NCBI RefSeq assembly: GCF_004785935.1 | Contig: NZ_SRRP01000002.1 | Location: 49,616 to 81,615 of the forward strand | Length of the DNA stretch: 32,000 nucleotides | DNA from: Streptococcus rubneri | GTDB lineage: Bacteria > Bacillota > Bacilli > Lactobacillales > Streptococcaceae | Direction: 5' to 3' | In this document: piece by piece, positions 11,704 to 21,310 of the stretch | How the letters are laid out: every line of letters starts with the position of its first letter | Numbering within the stretch: the first letter of the stretch is position 1 | Translations under genes and position numbers: made by a program | Notes under the pieces: generated by a model | Told to the model about the DNA's origin: nothing | Databases searched by the model: none | Seen by the model: the letters and a program-made list of their open reading frames with translations, nothing else

Positions 11704-11727
11704 TCCAAGGGTCAACTACCTTTTGTT
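11691..11727 (+). terminator. Terminator of fol operon overlapping the stop codon
   Basis: AAAAGGTAGTTGATCC-aa-GGGTCAACTACCTTTT, 16-bp stem with one G-U; TGA stop lies inside the left arm. Confidence 0.85.
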
Positions 11728-11789
11728 TCTTGACAGGTTGATTGAGCAGGAGTATACTAAGCCTAATTAGACTAGGAGTGGAGGGGCTG

Positions 11790-11945
11790 ATGAAATCTTA
11801 TCTTGTAAAATGGTTGATCGCGATTGTCTTAGCTGTTCTTTTCCTTTGGTTGAGTTTGGAAACGGACTTTCTTCCAAAAGAAGTGTATCCCATTCTTCTT
11901 GTCCTGATACTGGCTGTGGTTCTCTATCTTTTTAAGGAGAGGTAA
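11790..11945 (+). CDS. Small hypothetical membrane protein
   Basis: GGAGG RBS then ATG at 11790: MKSYLVKWLIAIVLAVLFLWLSLETDFLPKEVYPILLVLILAVVLYLFKER, two predicted TM helices. Confidence 0.65.
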   Translation: MKSYLVKWLIAIVLAVLFLWLSLETDFLPKEVYPILLVLILAVVLYLFKER

Positions 11946-11970
11946 TTCTCTATCCAACTAAACTATGAAA

Positions 11971-12015
11971 AAACCCCTGGGTGCCAACTATTTCAGGCAT
12001 CCAAGGGATTTTTTG
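11971..12015. terminator. Bidirectional terminator between convergent genes
   Basis: AAACCCCTGGGTGCC-aactatttca-GGCATCCAAGGGATTTTTT. Confidence 0.8.
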
Positions 12016-12054
12016 TATACGGAGCTAGGACGAAAGGTCTAGCCTTGGTTTTCT

Positions 12055-13539
12055 TTATTTGCGGTACAAGCGATCGTATTGGTAAACCGGATCCATAGTG
12101 ACATGGATACCCAGTTTGCGAAGAACGTTCTTATCTTCATCTGTCAACATCACTGTTGAATGGGCTTCGCTCCCTTTCAAACGCTCCAATTCTTGCATGG
12201 CAAGATTCGCCTCTGGATGGTTCATAGCTGTAATGGCTAGGGCGATGAGGATTTCATTTGAATGGAGGCGAGGGTTGTGACTGCCCAAGTGGTTGATCTT
12301 TAAGCCTTGGATTGGTTTCACATATTCTGGCTCAATTAACTTGGTTTCTTTATCAATATGGGCTAATTTCTTGATGGCGTTGATGAGAACAGCTGCCGTT
12401 GGACCAAATAAGTCAGAAGTCTTACCTGTCACGGTTTCTCCGTTCGGCAATTCGAGGGCCAAGGCAGGATCGCCAGTTTCTTCTTCTTTCTGGCGGGCAA
12501 GGATGGTGACTTGGCGATCTTTTGGTGAAATGCCTAAGTCATTCATCAAGAGTTCAATTTTCTTAATAGCCCCACTTCCAACACGCTCCGCTTTTACATC
12601 CAGAATGGTTTGGTAGTAACGGCGGATAATTTCTTGCTTAGAGGCTTCAATCGCTGCATCGTTGTCCACGATGGCAAAGCCGACCATGTTCACTCCCATA
12701 TCCGTTGGGGAAGCATAAGGAGATCTTCCTAAGATGCGTTCCAACATTCGCTTCAAGACAGGGAAGATTTCGATATCTCGGTTGTAGTTGACCGTTGTTT
12801 CGCCGTAGGTTTGAAGGTGGAATGGGTCAATCATATTGACGTCGTCTAGATCTGCTGTGGCAGCTTCATAGGCTAGATTCACCGGGTGGTGCAAAGGCAG
12901 GTTCCAAACTGGGAAAGTCTCGAACTTAGCATAACCAGATTTGATGCCATTCAGTTGATCATGGTACATATTGGACATGCAGGTAGCCAATTTACCAGAA
13001 CCAGGACCAGGAGCTGTCACGACAACGAGGTTGCGACTGGTCTGAATGTAGTCGTTTTTCCCCATTCCCTCAGGAGAGATGATATGGTCCATATCCGTTG
13101 GGTAGCCCTTGATTGGGTAGTGGAGGTAAGAGGCAATGCCATTCTTTTCCAACTGTTTGCGGAAGAGGTCTGCAGCAGGCTGCCCAGAGTACTGTGTGAC
13201 AACGACAGAGCCCACATAGATGCCTAATTCGTTAAATTTATCGATCAAGCGGAAAACTTCTTGATCATAGGAGATACCGAGGTCGCCACGCGCTTTTGAG
13301 TGCTCGATGTTGCTGGCATTAATGGCAATGACAATTTCCACTTGTTCGCGGAGTTCTTGGAGAAGTTTAATTTTATTGTCTGGTTCATAACCAGGGAGGA
13401 CGCGGGCAGCATGGAAATCTTCCAGCATTTTTCCTCCAAACTCTAGGTAGAGCTTGCCATCAAATTGGTTGATGCGCTCGAGGATATGATCGCGTTGCAA
13501 ATTCAAATACTTTTCAGAACTAAAAGCTTGTTTCTTCAT
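12055..13539 (-). CDS. DUF1846 / UPF0371 family protein
   Basis: 494-aa protein [50 protein letters not shown]...; matches the characteristic UPF0371 N-terminus. Confidence 0.9.
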   Translation of the reverse strand: MKKQAFSSEKYLNLQRDHILERINQFDGKLYLEFGGKMLEDFHAARVLPGYEPDNKIKLLQELREQVEIVIAINASNIEHSKARGDLGISYDQEVFRLIDKFNELGIYVGSVVVTQYSGQPAADLFRKQLEKNGIASYLHYPIKGYPTDMDHIISPEGMGKNDYIQTSRNLVVVTAPGPGSGKLATCMSNMYHDQLNGIKSGYAKFETFPVWNLPLHHPVNLAYEAATADLDDVNMIDPFHLQTYGETTVNYNRDIEIFPVLKRMLERILGRSPYASPTDMGVNMVGFAIVDNDAAIEASKQEIIRRYYQTILDVKAERVGSGAIKKIELLMNDLGISPKDRQVTILARQKEEETGDPALALELPNGETVTGKTSDLFGPTAAVLINAIKKLAHIDKETKLIEPEYVKPIQGLKINHLGSHNPRLHSNEILIALAITAMNHPEANLAMQELERLKGSEAHSTVMLTDEDKNVLRKLGIHVTMDPVYQYDRLYRK

Positions 13540-13652
13540 TTAAACCTCCAATAAAGAAGCGAGGGTGATCTTTAGCGGTGCTCCGCCTTCCACGCAAGGA
13601 AAGGGGAGTGCAAAAGAACACCCGTTGCAATATTCATTCAGTATTATATCAA

Positions 13653-13677
13653 AAAAACCCCAAAATGGGGGTTTAAA
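13653..13677 (-). terminator. pepA terminator
   Basis: Minus strand AAACCCCC-atttt-GGGGTTTTTTT. Confidence 0.8.
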
Positions 13678-13697
13678 ACAATTATTTTGAAAAAATA

Positions 13698-14762
13698 TTA
13701 ATAATTCTTAATTAAGTCAACGGTTGAACGATCCAATTTTTTTACCAAGGCTTGAAGGAAGGCTTGGGCTTGAAGGAAATCATCCATAGCGTAGAGGGTT
13801 TGGTGAGAGTGGATGTAGCGCGCACAGACTCCAATGGTAGTTGATGGCACTCCGCCACTTCGTAAGTGGGCTACTCCAGCATCCGTTCCCCCTTTTCCAC
13901 AGTAGTATTGGTACTTGATGCCTGCTTCTTCAGCAGTGGTTAGGAGGAAATCCTTCATATTTGGCAACATGAGGTGACCTGGGTCAAAGAAACGAAGGAG
14001 GGTTCCCTCACCGATGGCTCCTTGGCCTCCGTAGACATCTGCAGCTGGAGAACAGTCAACAGCCAGGAAGATTTCCGGATCAAACTTGGTCACAGAAGTC
14101 CCAGCACCGCGTAGTCCGACTTCTTCTTGGACAGTCGCTCCAACATAGAGTTCGTTTGCTAGGGCTTGTCCGGAGATGGCTTGTGCCAATTCGCTGACCA
14201 TCAAGACCCCATAACGGTTGTCCCAAGCTTTGGAGATGATGTTTTTCTGATTAGCTGTTAAGATTGCAGTGCTTTCAGGGACCAAGGTGTCGCCTGGACG
14301 GATCCCAAAGCTTTCTGCTTCTTCTTTGTTGGCAAATCCACCATCAAAGACAATATCCCCGATTGCTGGAAGAGTAGGACCGTTTGCGCCCCGTGCCAAG
14401 TGAGGGGGAACAGAACCAGAAATGACAGGGTAGGACTGGCCATCACGTGTTAAAAGGGTGAAACGTTGGCTGCTGACCACCATAGGGTTCCAACCACCAA
14501 TTTCAACCACACGGAAGGTGCCGTCTGCCTTGATCTCACTGACCATAAAGCCAACTTCATCCATATGGCCTGCGACCATGATGCGAGGAGCATCAGCCAC
14601 TTCTGAGTGGCGGACCCCAAAAATGCTGCCCAAGCCATCTGTGACCACTTCATCCACATGTGGAGTGATCTGTTTGCGTAGATAATCGCGAACAGGCGCT
14701 TCATGGCCGGAGATGGCAGGAAGTTCTGTTACTTCTTTGATTTTAGAAAATAAATCAGTCAT
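13698..14762 (-). CDS. pepA: Glutamyl aminopeptidase, M42 family
   Basis: MVAGHMDEVGFMV, TVQEEVGLRGA, AVDCSPAAD, GGTDAGVAH, RYIHSHQ. Confidence 0.93.
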   Translation of the reverse strand: MTDLFSKIKEVTELPAISGHEAPVRDYLRKQITPHVDEVVTDGLGSIFGVRHSEVADAPRIMVAGHMDEVGFMVSEIKADGTFRVVEIGGWNPMVVSSQRFTLLTRDGQSYPVISGSVPPHLARGANGPTLPAIGDIVFDGGFANKEEAESFGIRPGDTLVPESTAILTANQKNIISKAWDNRYGVLMVSELAQAISGQALANELYVGATVQEEVGLRGAGTSVTKFDPEIFLAVDCSPAADVYGGQGAIGEGTLLRFFDPGHLMLPNMKDFLLTTAEEAGIKYQYYCGKGGTDAGVAHLRSGGVPSTTIGVCARYIHSHQTLYAMDDFLQAQAFLQALVKKLDRSTVDLIKNY

Positions 14763-14909
14763 AAGTTACCTTCTTTCTGATTGTTATTTTATCACTTTTT
14801 TAGTCGGGATGGTAGTGGCAGTTGAAGGAAAACAGACGAGAGGTTACTTGTTAGGTGTGCCATTCTCCTTTCGTTGTCCCAGCTTGTATTTTGTGTTACA
14901 ATATGAGGT

Positions 14910-15200
14910 ATGAAAGCTAAAAAAATCATTTTATCCAGCCTTGCAGTAGCTAGTGCAAGTGCTCTTGCCCTTGGGGCCTATAAAATTGCCAAAGATCAAA
15001 AACGTTTGCGGACGCAAGAAGAGTTAGTCGCAGAAGTCCGTGAGCAGATGGAGAATATGGGAAAGATTGCGACCCTTTATGTGGAACTCTATGAGTCAAG
15101 CGAAGAACGTCTGGTCGGAGGGCTCGTATTTGAGGATGAGCGCCACTATCGCTTTGTCTATGAAGAGGGCCTCCTTCAGTATGAAGAGGAAAAACTATGA
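14910..15200 (+). CDS. DUF4651 family protein (N-terminal TM anchor)
   Basis: MKAKKIILSSLAVASASALALGAYKIAKDQKRLRTQEELVAEVREQMENMGKIATLYVELYESSEERLVGGLVFED. Confidence 0.75.
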   Translation: MKAKKIILSSLAVASASALALGAYKIAKDQKRLRTQEELVAEVREQMENMGKIATLYVELYESSEERLVGGLVFEDERHYRFVYEEGLLQYEEEKL

Positions 15201-15514
15201 TCATACCACAGTCCTTAGAGGAATTAGCCCGCTACGTCGAGCAAGAAGGAAAGAAGGTTTTCTTCTTTTCAGCGGATTGGTGTGGCGATTGCCGGTATAT
15301 CCAGCCATTTTTGCCAGAGATTGAAGCAGAAAACCCTGAATTTACCTTCATTTTGGTCGATAGAGACCAGTATCTAAACTTGGCTAAGCTTTGGGATATC
15401 TATGGCATTCCGAGTTTAGTGGTCCTAGACAAGGATCGGGAACTGGGTCGTTTCGTCAATCGTGATCGCAAAACCAAGGCTCAGATTTCAGAATTTTTAG
15501 CAGGATTGAAGTAG
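15197..15514 (+). CDS. Thioredoxin-family protein
   Basis: VFFFSADWCGDCRYIQPFLPEIE, GIPSLVVLDKDREL; active site WCGDC. Confidence 0.88.
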   Translation: MIIPQSLEELARYVEQEGKKVFFFSADWCGDCRYIQPFLPEIEAENPEFTFILVDRDQYLNLAKLWDIYGIPSLVVLDKDRELGRFVNRDRKTKAQISEFLAGLK

Positions 15515-15528
15515 GAGAAAGAGAAAGA

Positions 15529-16155
15529 ATGATTGTAACCTATAATAAAGAACAAGTCGGTGATGTCTTAATGCTCACCTTGAAAAATAGTGGAGATGCC
15601 AAGTTAGCAGTAGAGCGCAAAGGCAAAGTAGCCCGTGTCTACCGTGAAGACAAGCAAGAAACCGTAGCCTGGAATATTTTTGAGGCTTCGACTTTCTTTG
15701 CTCTTGAAGGCAAGGGGCAACTTTTCTTGAGTGATGAGCAAGTTGCACGCCTCAATCAAGAATTACAAGCTGAAGGATTTGCAGAGGTCTTGGTCAATGA
15801 CAAGGAGCCTAAGTTTGTCGTGGGGCAAATCGTTGAAATGGTTGCTCATCCAGATAGTGACCACCTCAACATCTGCCAAGTGGCTGTTGGACCAGACAAA
15901 ACGGTTCAGATCGTAGCAGGTGCGCCAAATGCACGTGAAGGCCTCAAGACAATCGTGGCTCTACCAGGTGCGATGATGCCAGATGGCAGCTTGATTTTCC
16001 CAGGAGCCCTTCGTGGAGAAAAGAGCTTTGGCATGATGTGTAGCCCACGCGAATTGCACTTGCCAAATGCGCCACAAAAACGTGGGATTATTGAATTGCA
16101 AGATACAGAAGAGGTGGGAACTCCATTTGACCCCGCCCGTCACTGGCAAGGATAA
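15529..16155 (+). CDS. ytpR: YtpR-like tRNA-binding domain protein
   Basis: FVVGQIVEMVAHPDSDHLNICQVAVGPDKTVQIVAGAPNAREGLKTIVALPGAMMPDG. Confidence 0.88.
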   Translation: MIVTYNKEQVGDVLMLTLKNSGDAKLAVERKGKVARVYREDKQETVAWNIFEASTFFALEGKGQLFLSDEQVARLNQELQAEGFAEVLVNDKEPKFVVGQIVEMVAHPDSDHLNICQVAVGPDKTVQIVAGAPNAREGLKTIVALPGAMMPDGSLIFPGALRGEKSFGMMCSPRELHLPNAPQKRGIIELQDTEEVGTPFDPARHWQG

Positions 16156-16330
16156 GAGAGTGGGACAAAAGTCCGGCCCCTCAATTGTCTTTGGATTGTC
16201 GAGCAAGACGCAGTGGTTGAGTGGGCTCTACTACGCTGATTTCATCAGCTTTTACAGCCCTACTCAACTGTGCGGAGGTGGGACGACGAAATCGAATTCT
16301 AACGAATTACCGATTTCTGTCCCACTCTCT
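16155..16330. repeat. 176-bp intergenic palindromic element bounded by a perfect 13-bp inverted repeat
   Basis: AGAGAGTGGGACA (16155-16167) / TGTCCCACTCTCT (16318-16330) with further nested hairpins inside; ends in a T-tract (terminator-like). Confidence 0.7.
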
Positions 16331-16362
16331 TTTTTTATTTTTTCCTCAAATGGCTAAAAAAC

Positions 16363-16370
16363 TACGAATT
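16363..16370 (+). promoter_or_regulatory. com-box-like SigX promoter element of ssbB
   Basis: TACGAATT (7/8 to TACGAATA), 22 bp upstream of the ssbB ATG; ssbB is a late competence gene in streptococci. Confidence 0.75.
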
Positions 16371-16391
16371 ATATAAGTAGGAGGAAGAAAT

Positions 16392-16787
16392 ATGTACAAT
16401 AAAGTAATTTTAATCGGGCGTCTAGTGGCAGATCCGGAGCTTCATAAGACCAGTACGGACAAGTCCGTTGCGCGTGCGACCCTGGCTGTCAATCGGCGTT
16501 ACAAGGATCAAAATGGCGAGCGTGAGGCGGACTTTATCACCCTAGTGGTCTGGGGGAAATTAGCAGAGACTCTTGTCTCCTATGCCAACAAGGGGAGCTT
16601 GCTCTCAGTAGATGGCGAGCTTCGAACCAGACGTTATGAGAAGAATGGGACGACCCAATATGTGACAGAAGTGCTCTGTCAAGGCTTCCAGCTCCTAGAA
16701 AGTCGCGCTCAACGAGCGATGCGGGCTAATGGAGCGGGAGGGGATCTAGCGGATCTCATCCTCGAAGAGGAAGAACTTCCATTTTAA
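16392..16787 (+). CDS. ssbB: Single-stranded DNA-binding protein, competence type SsbB
   Basis: MYNKVILIGRLVADPELHKTSTDKSVARATLAVNRRYKD..., 131 aa, C-terminal EEEELPF. Confidence 0.92.
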   Translation: MYNKVILIGRLVADPELHKTSTDKSVARATLAVNRRYKDQNGEREADFITLVVWGKLAETLVSYANKGSLLSVDGELRTRRYEKNGTTQYVTEVLCQGFQLLESRAQRAMRANGAGGDLADLILEEEELPF

Positions 16788-16795
16788 AAGAAGAA

Positions 16796-16829
16796 AACGG
16801 TGCAGTTAGTCAGCTGTATCGTTTTTTCT
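16796..16829 (+). terminator. ssbB terminator
   Basis: AACGGTGCAG / CTGTATCGTT (two G-U) followed by TTTTC. Confidence 0.65.
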
Positions 16830-17006
16830 TTTTCGAAACTTCTTACTGAAGTTGTAGGGAGAAGTTATTATCTAGATAGAGTCGTAAAACGCATTCATTT
16901 TCGTAAGACCTTCAAGCTCTTGGTAAAAAATGCTATAATAAAAGGTATTAAATGCGAACGAAAATATTTGATGTAGCAAAATAATTCGTTTTTAAGAGGA
17001 GAAGGG

Positions 17007-17993
17007 ATGGAATTAGAAGAGGAAATTGTTCAAAAGAAACGGTATCGAACCATGGTTTATACAATCATTTGCAGTCTGGTGTTTGTGGTGGTTGTAATCT
17101 ATGTAAATGCTAGCCAAATAAGACCGATAAAAGGGCAGATGCGGGTCGGTGTGACCTATATGACCATGAACAATGAATTCTATCAAACACTGAATGCAGA
17201 GATTGAACGAGTGGCTGACGAAAAAGGGGACTTGCTTCTAGTTCGTAATCCAGAGTTAGACGAAGAAAAACAAAGTCAACAGATTGATTATTTTTGTCAA
17301 CAAAAGGTCAATGTGATTGTGATTAACCCAGTAAAAGGAGATAGCCCTAAAATCATTGCTTCCCTGAAGAGAGCCAAACAGGCAGGAATTAAAATCATTG
17401 CAGTGGATAGTCAGCTCAGCCATTTCACGGTGGATGCCAGTGTGGTGTCGGATAATTACCAGGCAGGGGTCTTGGTCGCCCAGCGCCTGATGAAGCAGAA
17501 AAATGAGGCGAAAATCCTACTCTTAGAGCATAAGGGGACAGTATCGGCTGAGCAACGTATTCAAGGGTTCTTAGATACGATTCAGTCGGAGCCTGCCTAT
17601 CAGGTTGTTGGGAGAGAAGAGACTCGTGGTCAAACAGAATTGGCCTTGCCAGCTGTTTCCCAGGTCATTCAGGATGGTCTGGTATTTGATACCGTCGTAG
17701 CCTTAAATGATCGAGCGGCCATCGGAGCCCTTGCGGCAATCAAGGAAAACCAACTAGCCATGCCGATTTCTATCTATGGAATCGATGGCTCTCCAGATAT
17801 GAAGGTATTGCTCTCAACGACGGATGATATCGAAGGGACGGTTGCCCAATCTCCTCTTAAAATGGGGAGACAGGTGATGCAAGTGATTGAGTGCATGAGG
17901 ACAGGTAAATCCTACAAGGAGCAATATAAGATTCCAGTTGAGATGATTGATAAGGATAATGTTGACCGATACGATGTCAACGGGTGGCAGTAA
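17007..17993 (+). CDS. Membrane-anchored periplasmic-binding-type sugar sensor (LevQ-like)
   Basis: N-terminal TM, then substrate-binding fold of RbsB type (VTYMTMNNEFYQTLNAEIERVA..., QAGIKIIAVDSQL, VVALNDRAAIGALAAI); overlaps the histidine kinase gene. Confidence 0.8.
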   Translation: MELEEEIVQKKRYRTMVYTIICSLVFVVVVIYVNASQIRPIKGQMRVGVTYMTMNNEFYQTLNAEIERVADEKGDLLLVRNPELDEEKQSQQIDYFCQQKVNVIVINPVKGDSPKIIASLKRAKQAGIKIIAVDSQLSHFTVDASVVSDNYQAGVLVAQRLMKQKNEAKILLLEHKGTVSAEQRIQGFLDTIQSEPAYQVVGREETRGQTELALPAVSQVIQDGLVFDTVVALNDRAAIGALAAIKENQLAMPISIYGIDGSPDMKVLLSTTDDIEGTVAQSPLKMGRQVMQVIECMRTGKSYKEQYKIPVEMIDKDNVDRYDVNGWQ

Positions 17994-19312
17994 TGACCAA
18001 GCTTCGTGGCATTCGTTATAGTTTAATTTTATTGAAAATTATTAATTTCATCGCCATTTTATTTAGCAGTTCGCTCTACCTACATGCGACCAATTACATC
18101 ATTGCCAAGGGGCAAGGTTATCAATTGTTGGAGCAATTAAGAGAAATACCGAGTTCACCAGCTCAGAATTTTTTGATCTCCATCCTTCTCTTTGGAGGGA
18201 TTCTTCTCATTACCTTCTATCGGATGCGCCAAGGGACACAGGAGTGGTCGGTTTTTGACAAATGGAATATTCTAGAAATACTGCTGATGTTAGGTGTCAT
18301 GATGTCCCTCAGCTTTTCCTACAATGGGATCATCCTTTTGGTGTTTGCCGATATCTTTTATGGCTCCAAAGAGTTTAGCAGTTCCAAGGATAGGCGTTAC
18401 TGGTTTGCCTTTATCCTTCTGAGTTTTATAGTCCTCCTTGTGACCAATTATGACATTCTCTCTCTAGTTGTGCAGTTGCCGTCGCTAGATGCCTATATCG
18501 CCTTTTATCCTTCATCGATTCGGATGCTTATTCTATTTGCTAAAAATGCGCTAGCTTCCTTAAATATGGTTGTCTTTATTATTTCTCTTCTCTTTTACAT
18601 TTTATCGGTAGTAGCAGAGCACCATCGGATCGAAAAAGAGTTAGCAATGGTATCGCAGGTCAATACGGAATTAAATAGCTACATGGCCCTTTCGGAAAAG
18701 ATTGCGGAGGACCGGGAGCGTAAGCGGATAGCACGGGAAATTCATGATACTCTAGGCCATGCCTTAACCGGCATCTCTGCTGGGATTGATGCGGTTGGGG
18801 TTCTGATTGATATTGACCCTGGTCGTGCCAAGACCCAGCTGCAATCAGTCTCTACGGTGGTACGGGATGGAATCAAGGACGTCCGGGGCTCTTTGAACAA
18901 GCTTCGGCCAGGTGCCCTAGAGGATCATACCTTGAGGGATGCGGTTTTGAAATTGGTTCACGAATACCAAGCCATCTCCCACCTGCAAGTCGATCTCACC
19001 TATGACTGGGATGAGGTTGATCTGGATGTCATGGTGGAGGATACCGTCTTTCGCGTGATTCAGGAATCCATGACCAATTCTGTCCGCCACGGTCATGCCA
19101 GCCATATGCAGATTTCCTTTTTGGTGGAAGATGCCTATATCATGATTCTCCAAGATAATGGGGTCGGTTTTGACCACCTGCAGGTTGGCTACGGCTTGAA
19201 ACAAATGCGAGAGCGGGTTTCTATCTTGGGAGGAAGGATCGAATTTGCCAATCGAAATGGATTTTATACACGAATTGAATTGCCCAAAGAAAAAGGAGGA
19301 AATCTTTTATGA
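17984..19312 (+). CDS. Sensor histidine kinase, HisKA_3/NarL-type (LevS-like)
   Basis: KRIAREIHDTLGHALTGISAGIDA; VFRVIQESMTNSVRHGHAS; DNGVGFDHLQVGYGLKQMRERV. Confidence 0.88.
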   Translation: MAVMTKLRGIRYSLILLKIINFIAILFSSSLYLHATNYIIAKGQGYQLLEQLREIPSSPAQNFLISILLFGGILLITFYRMRQGTQEWSVFDKWNILEILLMLGVMMSLSFSYNGIILLVFADIFYGSKEFSSSKDRRYWFAFILLSFIVLLVTNYDILSLVVQLPSLDAYIAFYPSSIRMLILFAKNALASLNMVVFIISLLFYILSVVAEHHRIEKELAMVSQVNTELNSYMALSEKIAEDRERKRIAREIHDTLGHALTGISAGIDAVGVLIDIDPGRAKTQLQSVSTVVRDGIKDVRGSLNKLRPGALEDHTLRDAVLKLVHEYQAISHLQVDLTYDWDEVDLDVMVEDTVFRVIQESMTNSVRHGHASHMQISFLVEDAYIMILQDNGVGFDHLQVGYGLKQMRERVSILGGRIEFANRNGFYTRIELPKEKGGNLL

Positions 19313-19995
19313 TCAAAGTAATGATTGCGGATGATCAAGCGCTGATTCGCGAATCGCTCCAAATTATTTTGTCTGCTCATCAAGATATTCAGGTGACTTC
19401 TGCAGTGGCAGATGGTCATGAAGTGCTAGAGCGAATCCCCCAAGATCGACCAGATCTTGTATTGATGGATATTCGTATGCCCAAGATGGATGGTGTGATG
19501 GCGACAAAAGAAGTCAAGGAACGCTTCCCTGAGGTAAAAATCATCATTCTAACCACCTTCGACGATGATGATTTCATCTTTCGGGCTCTGAAATATGGAG
19601 CTTCAGGGTATTTGCTCAAAGGGGCTTCCACAGAGGAACTCTACCAAGCCATTCAAATTGTCTATCACGGGGGAGCCATGATTAATCCCAATATTGCCAG
19701 TAAGGTTTTTCAGATTTTTTCTCAGATGGCTCAGAGCAATTACACAATCTCCGTTTCTGAAGAGTATGTGAGCGACTTATCCCTGACCGAATGGCGGATC
19801 ATCCAGCAGGTTGGTTTTGGGGAGTCTAATAAGGAAATCGCAGCCAAATTGTTCCTGTCAGAGGGAACGATTCGGAATTACCTGTCAACCATTTTGTCTA
19901 AGTTGAACCTGCGGGATCGGACCCAGTTGGCTATTTGGTCTGTTCAAAAAGGTGTGACCACTAAGGATTTTGGAACAGAAAGTGATAGCCGATGA
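19309..19995 (+). CDS. LuxR/NarL-family response regulator (LevR-like)
   Basis: MIKVMIADDQALIRESLQIIL...DLVLMDIRMPKMDG; C-terminal HTH LTEWRIIQQVGFGESNKEIAAKLFLSEGTIRNYLSTILSKL. Confidence 0.9.
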   Translation: MIKVMIADDQALIRESLQIILSAHQDIQVTSAVADGHEVLERIPQDRPDLVLMDIRMPKMDGVMATKEVKERFPEVKIIILTTFDDDDFIFRALKYGASGYLLKGASTEELYQAIQIVYHGGAMINPNIASKVFQIFSQMAQSNYTISVSEEYVSDLSLTEWRIIQQVGFGESNKEIAAKLFLSEGTIRNYLSTILSKLNLRDRTQLAIWSVQKGVTTKDFGTESDSR

Positions 19996-21299
19996 AGAAA
20001 AAACGTAAGATTCGAGGCTCCAGATTGTTTCTAGGCTTGCTTTTGCTTTTTCTAGTTGCTGGAGGGATTTGGTGGTGGCGTCAGCCTAAGCTTGTCCGCT
20101 TGGGGGTTTACGCTGGATCTAGCTGGGATGTGCCCACCCAAACGGAAGAAAAAGTCTTGGATCAAGCGATTGCTCGTTTCGAAAAAACGCATCCAGGGGT
20201 AAAGATTGTCTACGAAAGTGGGATTCCGAAGAATCAGTATGCGAGTTGGTTAGCCAATCAGATCCTCCATGGACAGGAGCCAGATCTATATATGGTATCC
20301 AGTACTGAGCTCCCGGTGTTAGCTGCGCGTGGGGCGGTAGAAGATTTGACTCCCTTGATGGACAAACAGGTCGATCCTTCTCATTTTTATCCAGTTGCCC
20401 TAGAAGCAGGCAAATACAAGAACCGTCAGTATGCCCTCCCATTTGAGAGCAATCCTGTTTTGATGTGTGTCAATAAGGATTTATTGGAAAAGGAAGGGAT
20501 TGCTATTCCGAAAGAGGGGTGGACCTTGGAGGAATTTTATACGATTTGTCAAAAAGTGACGCGGGATACAGATGGAGATGGTGAGCTAGATCAGTTTGGA
20601 AGTACAGATTATACCTGGAGGGAGGCCTTGGCAGCCCATGGTGGCCAGCTTTTCCGTCAGGATAGCATTAATCTAACGAGTAAAGAAATGAAGCGCTCGC
20701 TCTATTTTGTCGAAAAACTCGAAGCCCTTCATGGGAATTTCAATGTTACTTCTAAGGATTTTGATGAAGGCAAGGTCGCTTTTTATCCGATGACCTTGGC
20801 CCAGTACCGAACTTATAAACCTTATCCCTATCATGTTGCCAAATATTCGAATTTCACTTGGACCTGTATCCCTATGCCCGGGGCTTCTGGATCAACTCCG
20901 TCAACCTTAGTGGATACGTCCTTGTTTGCTCTGTCTTCTCGGGCCAGTGCTAGCAAGGAGGCCAAGGAATTCATGGAATTTTTGACCCAGGACCAGCAGG
21001 TCCAGCAGGAACTCTTCCGGCAGTCGCAGGGAACCTCTGTTCTCCCTTCGGTGGTCAATAGTTCGGAAAGTCGGGACCTTCTTAAAGCGGATGATTTCGG
21101 GGTTGATTCCTTGACGAATCGGACCCTGGACCAGATTATGAAAAAGGCTGTCCTAAGTACTCCTGGCAACCTACCCGATGATATCTGGGATCGATTGGAT
21201 TATTTGATTCATAATGCTCTAAAAGCAAAGGATATTGATAATCAATTGCCTCAAATTCAAAAGATTATTGAGGAAATGCTTCGGGAGAAGTTTCGTTAA
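19992..21299 (+). CDS. Extracellular sugar-binding protein of family 1 type (LevT-like)
   Basis: N-terminal TM; LRLGVYAGSSWDVPTQTEEKVLDQAIARFEKTHPGVKIVYESGIPKNQYASWL; ABC solute-binding-like fold without adjacent permeases. Confidence 0.85.
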   Translation: MKKKRKIRGSRLFLGLLLLFLVAGGIWWWRQPKLVRLGVYAGSSWDVPTQTEEKVLDQAIARFEKTHPGVKIVYESGIPKNQYASWLANQILHGQEPDLYMVSSTELPVLAARGAVEDLTPLMDKQVDPSHFYPVALEAGKYKNRQYALPFESNPVLMCVNKDLLEKEGIAIPKEGWTLEEFYTICQKVTRDTDGDGELDQFGSTDYTWREALAAHGGQLFRQDSINLTSKEMKRSLYFVEKLEALHGNFNVTSKDFDEGKVAFYPMTLAQYRTYKPYPYHVAKYSNFTWTCIPMPGASGSTPSTLVDTSLFALSSRASASKEAKEFMEFLTQDQQVQQELFRQSQGTSVLPSVVNSSESRDLLKADDFGVDSLTNRTLDQIMKKAVLSTPGNLPDDIWDRLDYLIHNALKAKDIDNQLPQIQKIIEEMLREKFR

Positions 21300-21310
21300 G
21301 AGCAACTAGG

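Noticed and set aside
14950-15204. 84-aa minus-strand ORF opposite DUF4651/thioredoxin genes
   Set aside because: Overlaps two well-supported plus-strand genes; composition unlike a real protein.
19992-21299. Interpretation as a standard sugar ABC importer binding protein
   Set aside because: No ABC permease or ATPase nearby; translationally coupled to the response regulator, so a sensing role is more likely.
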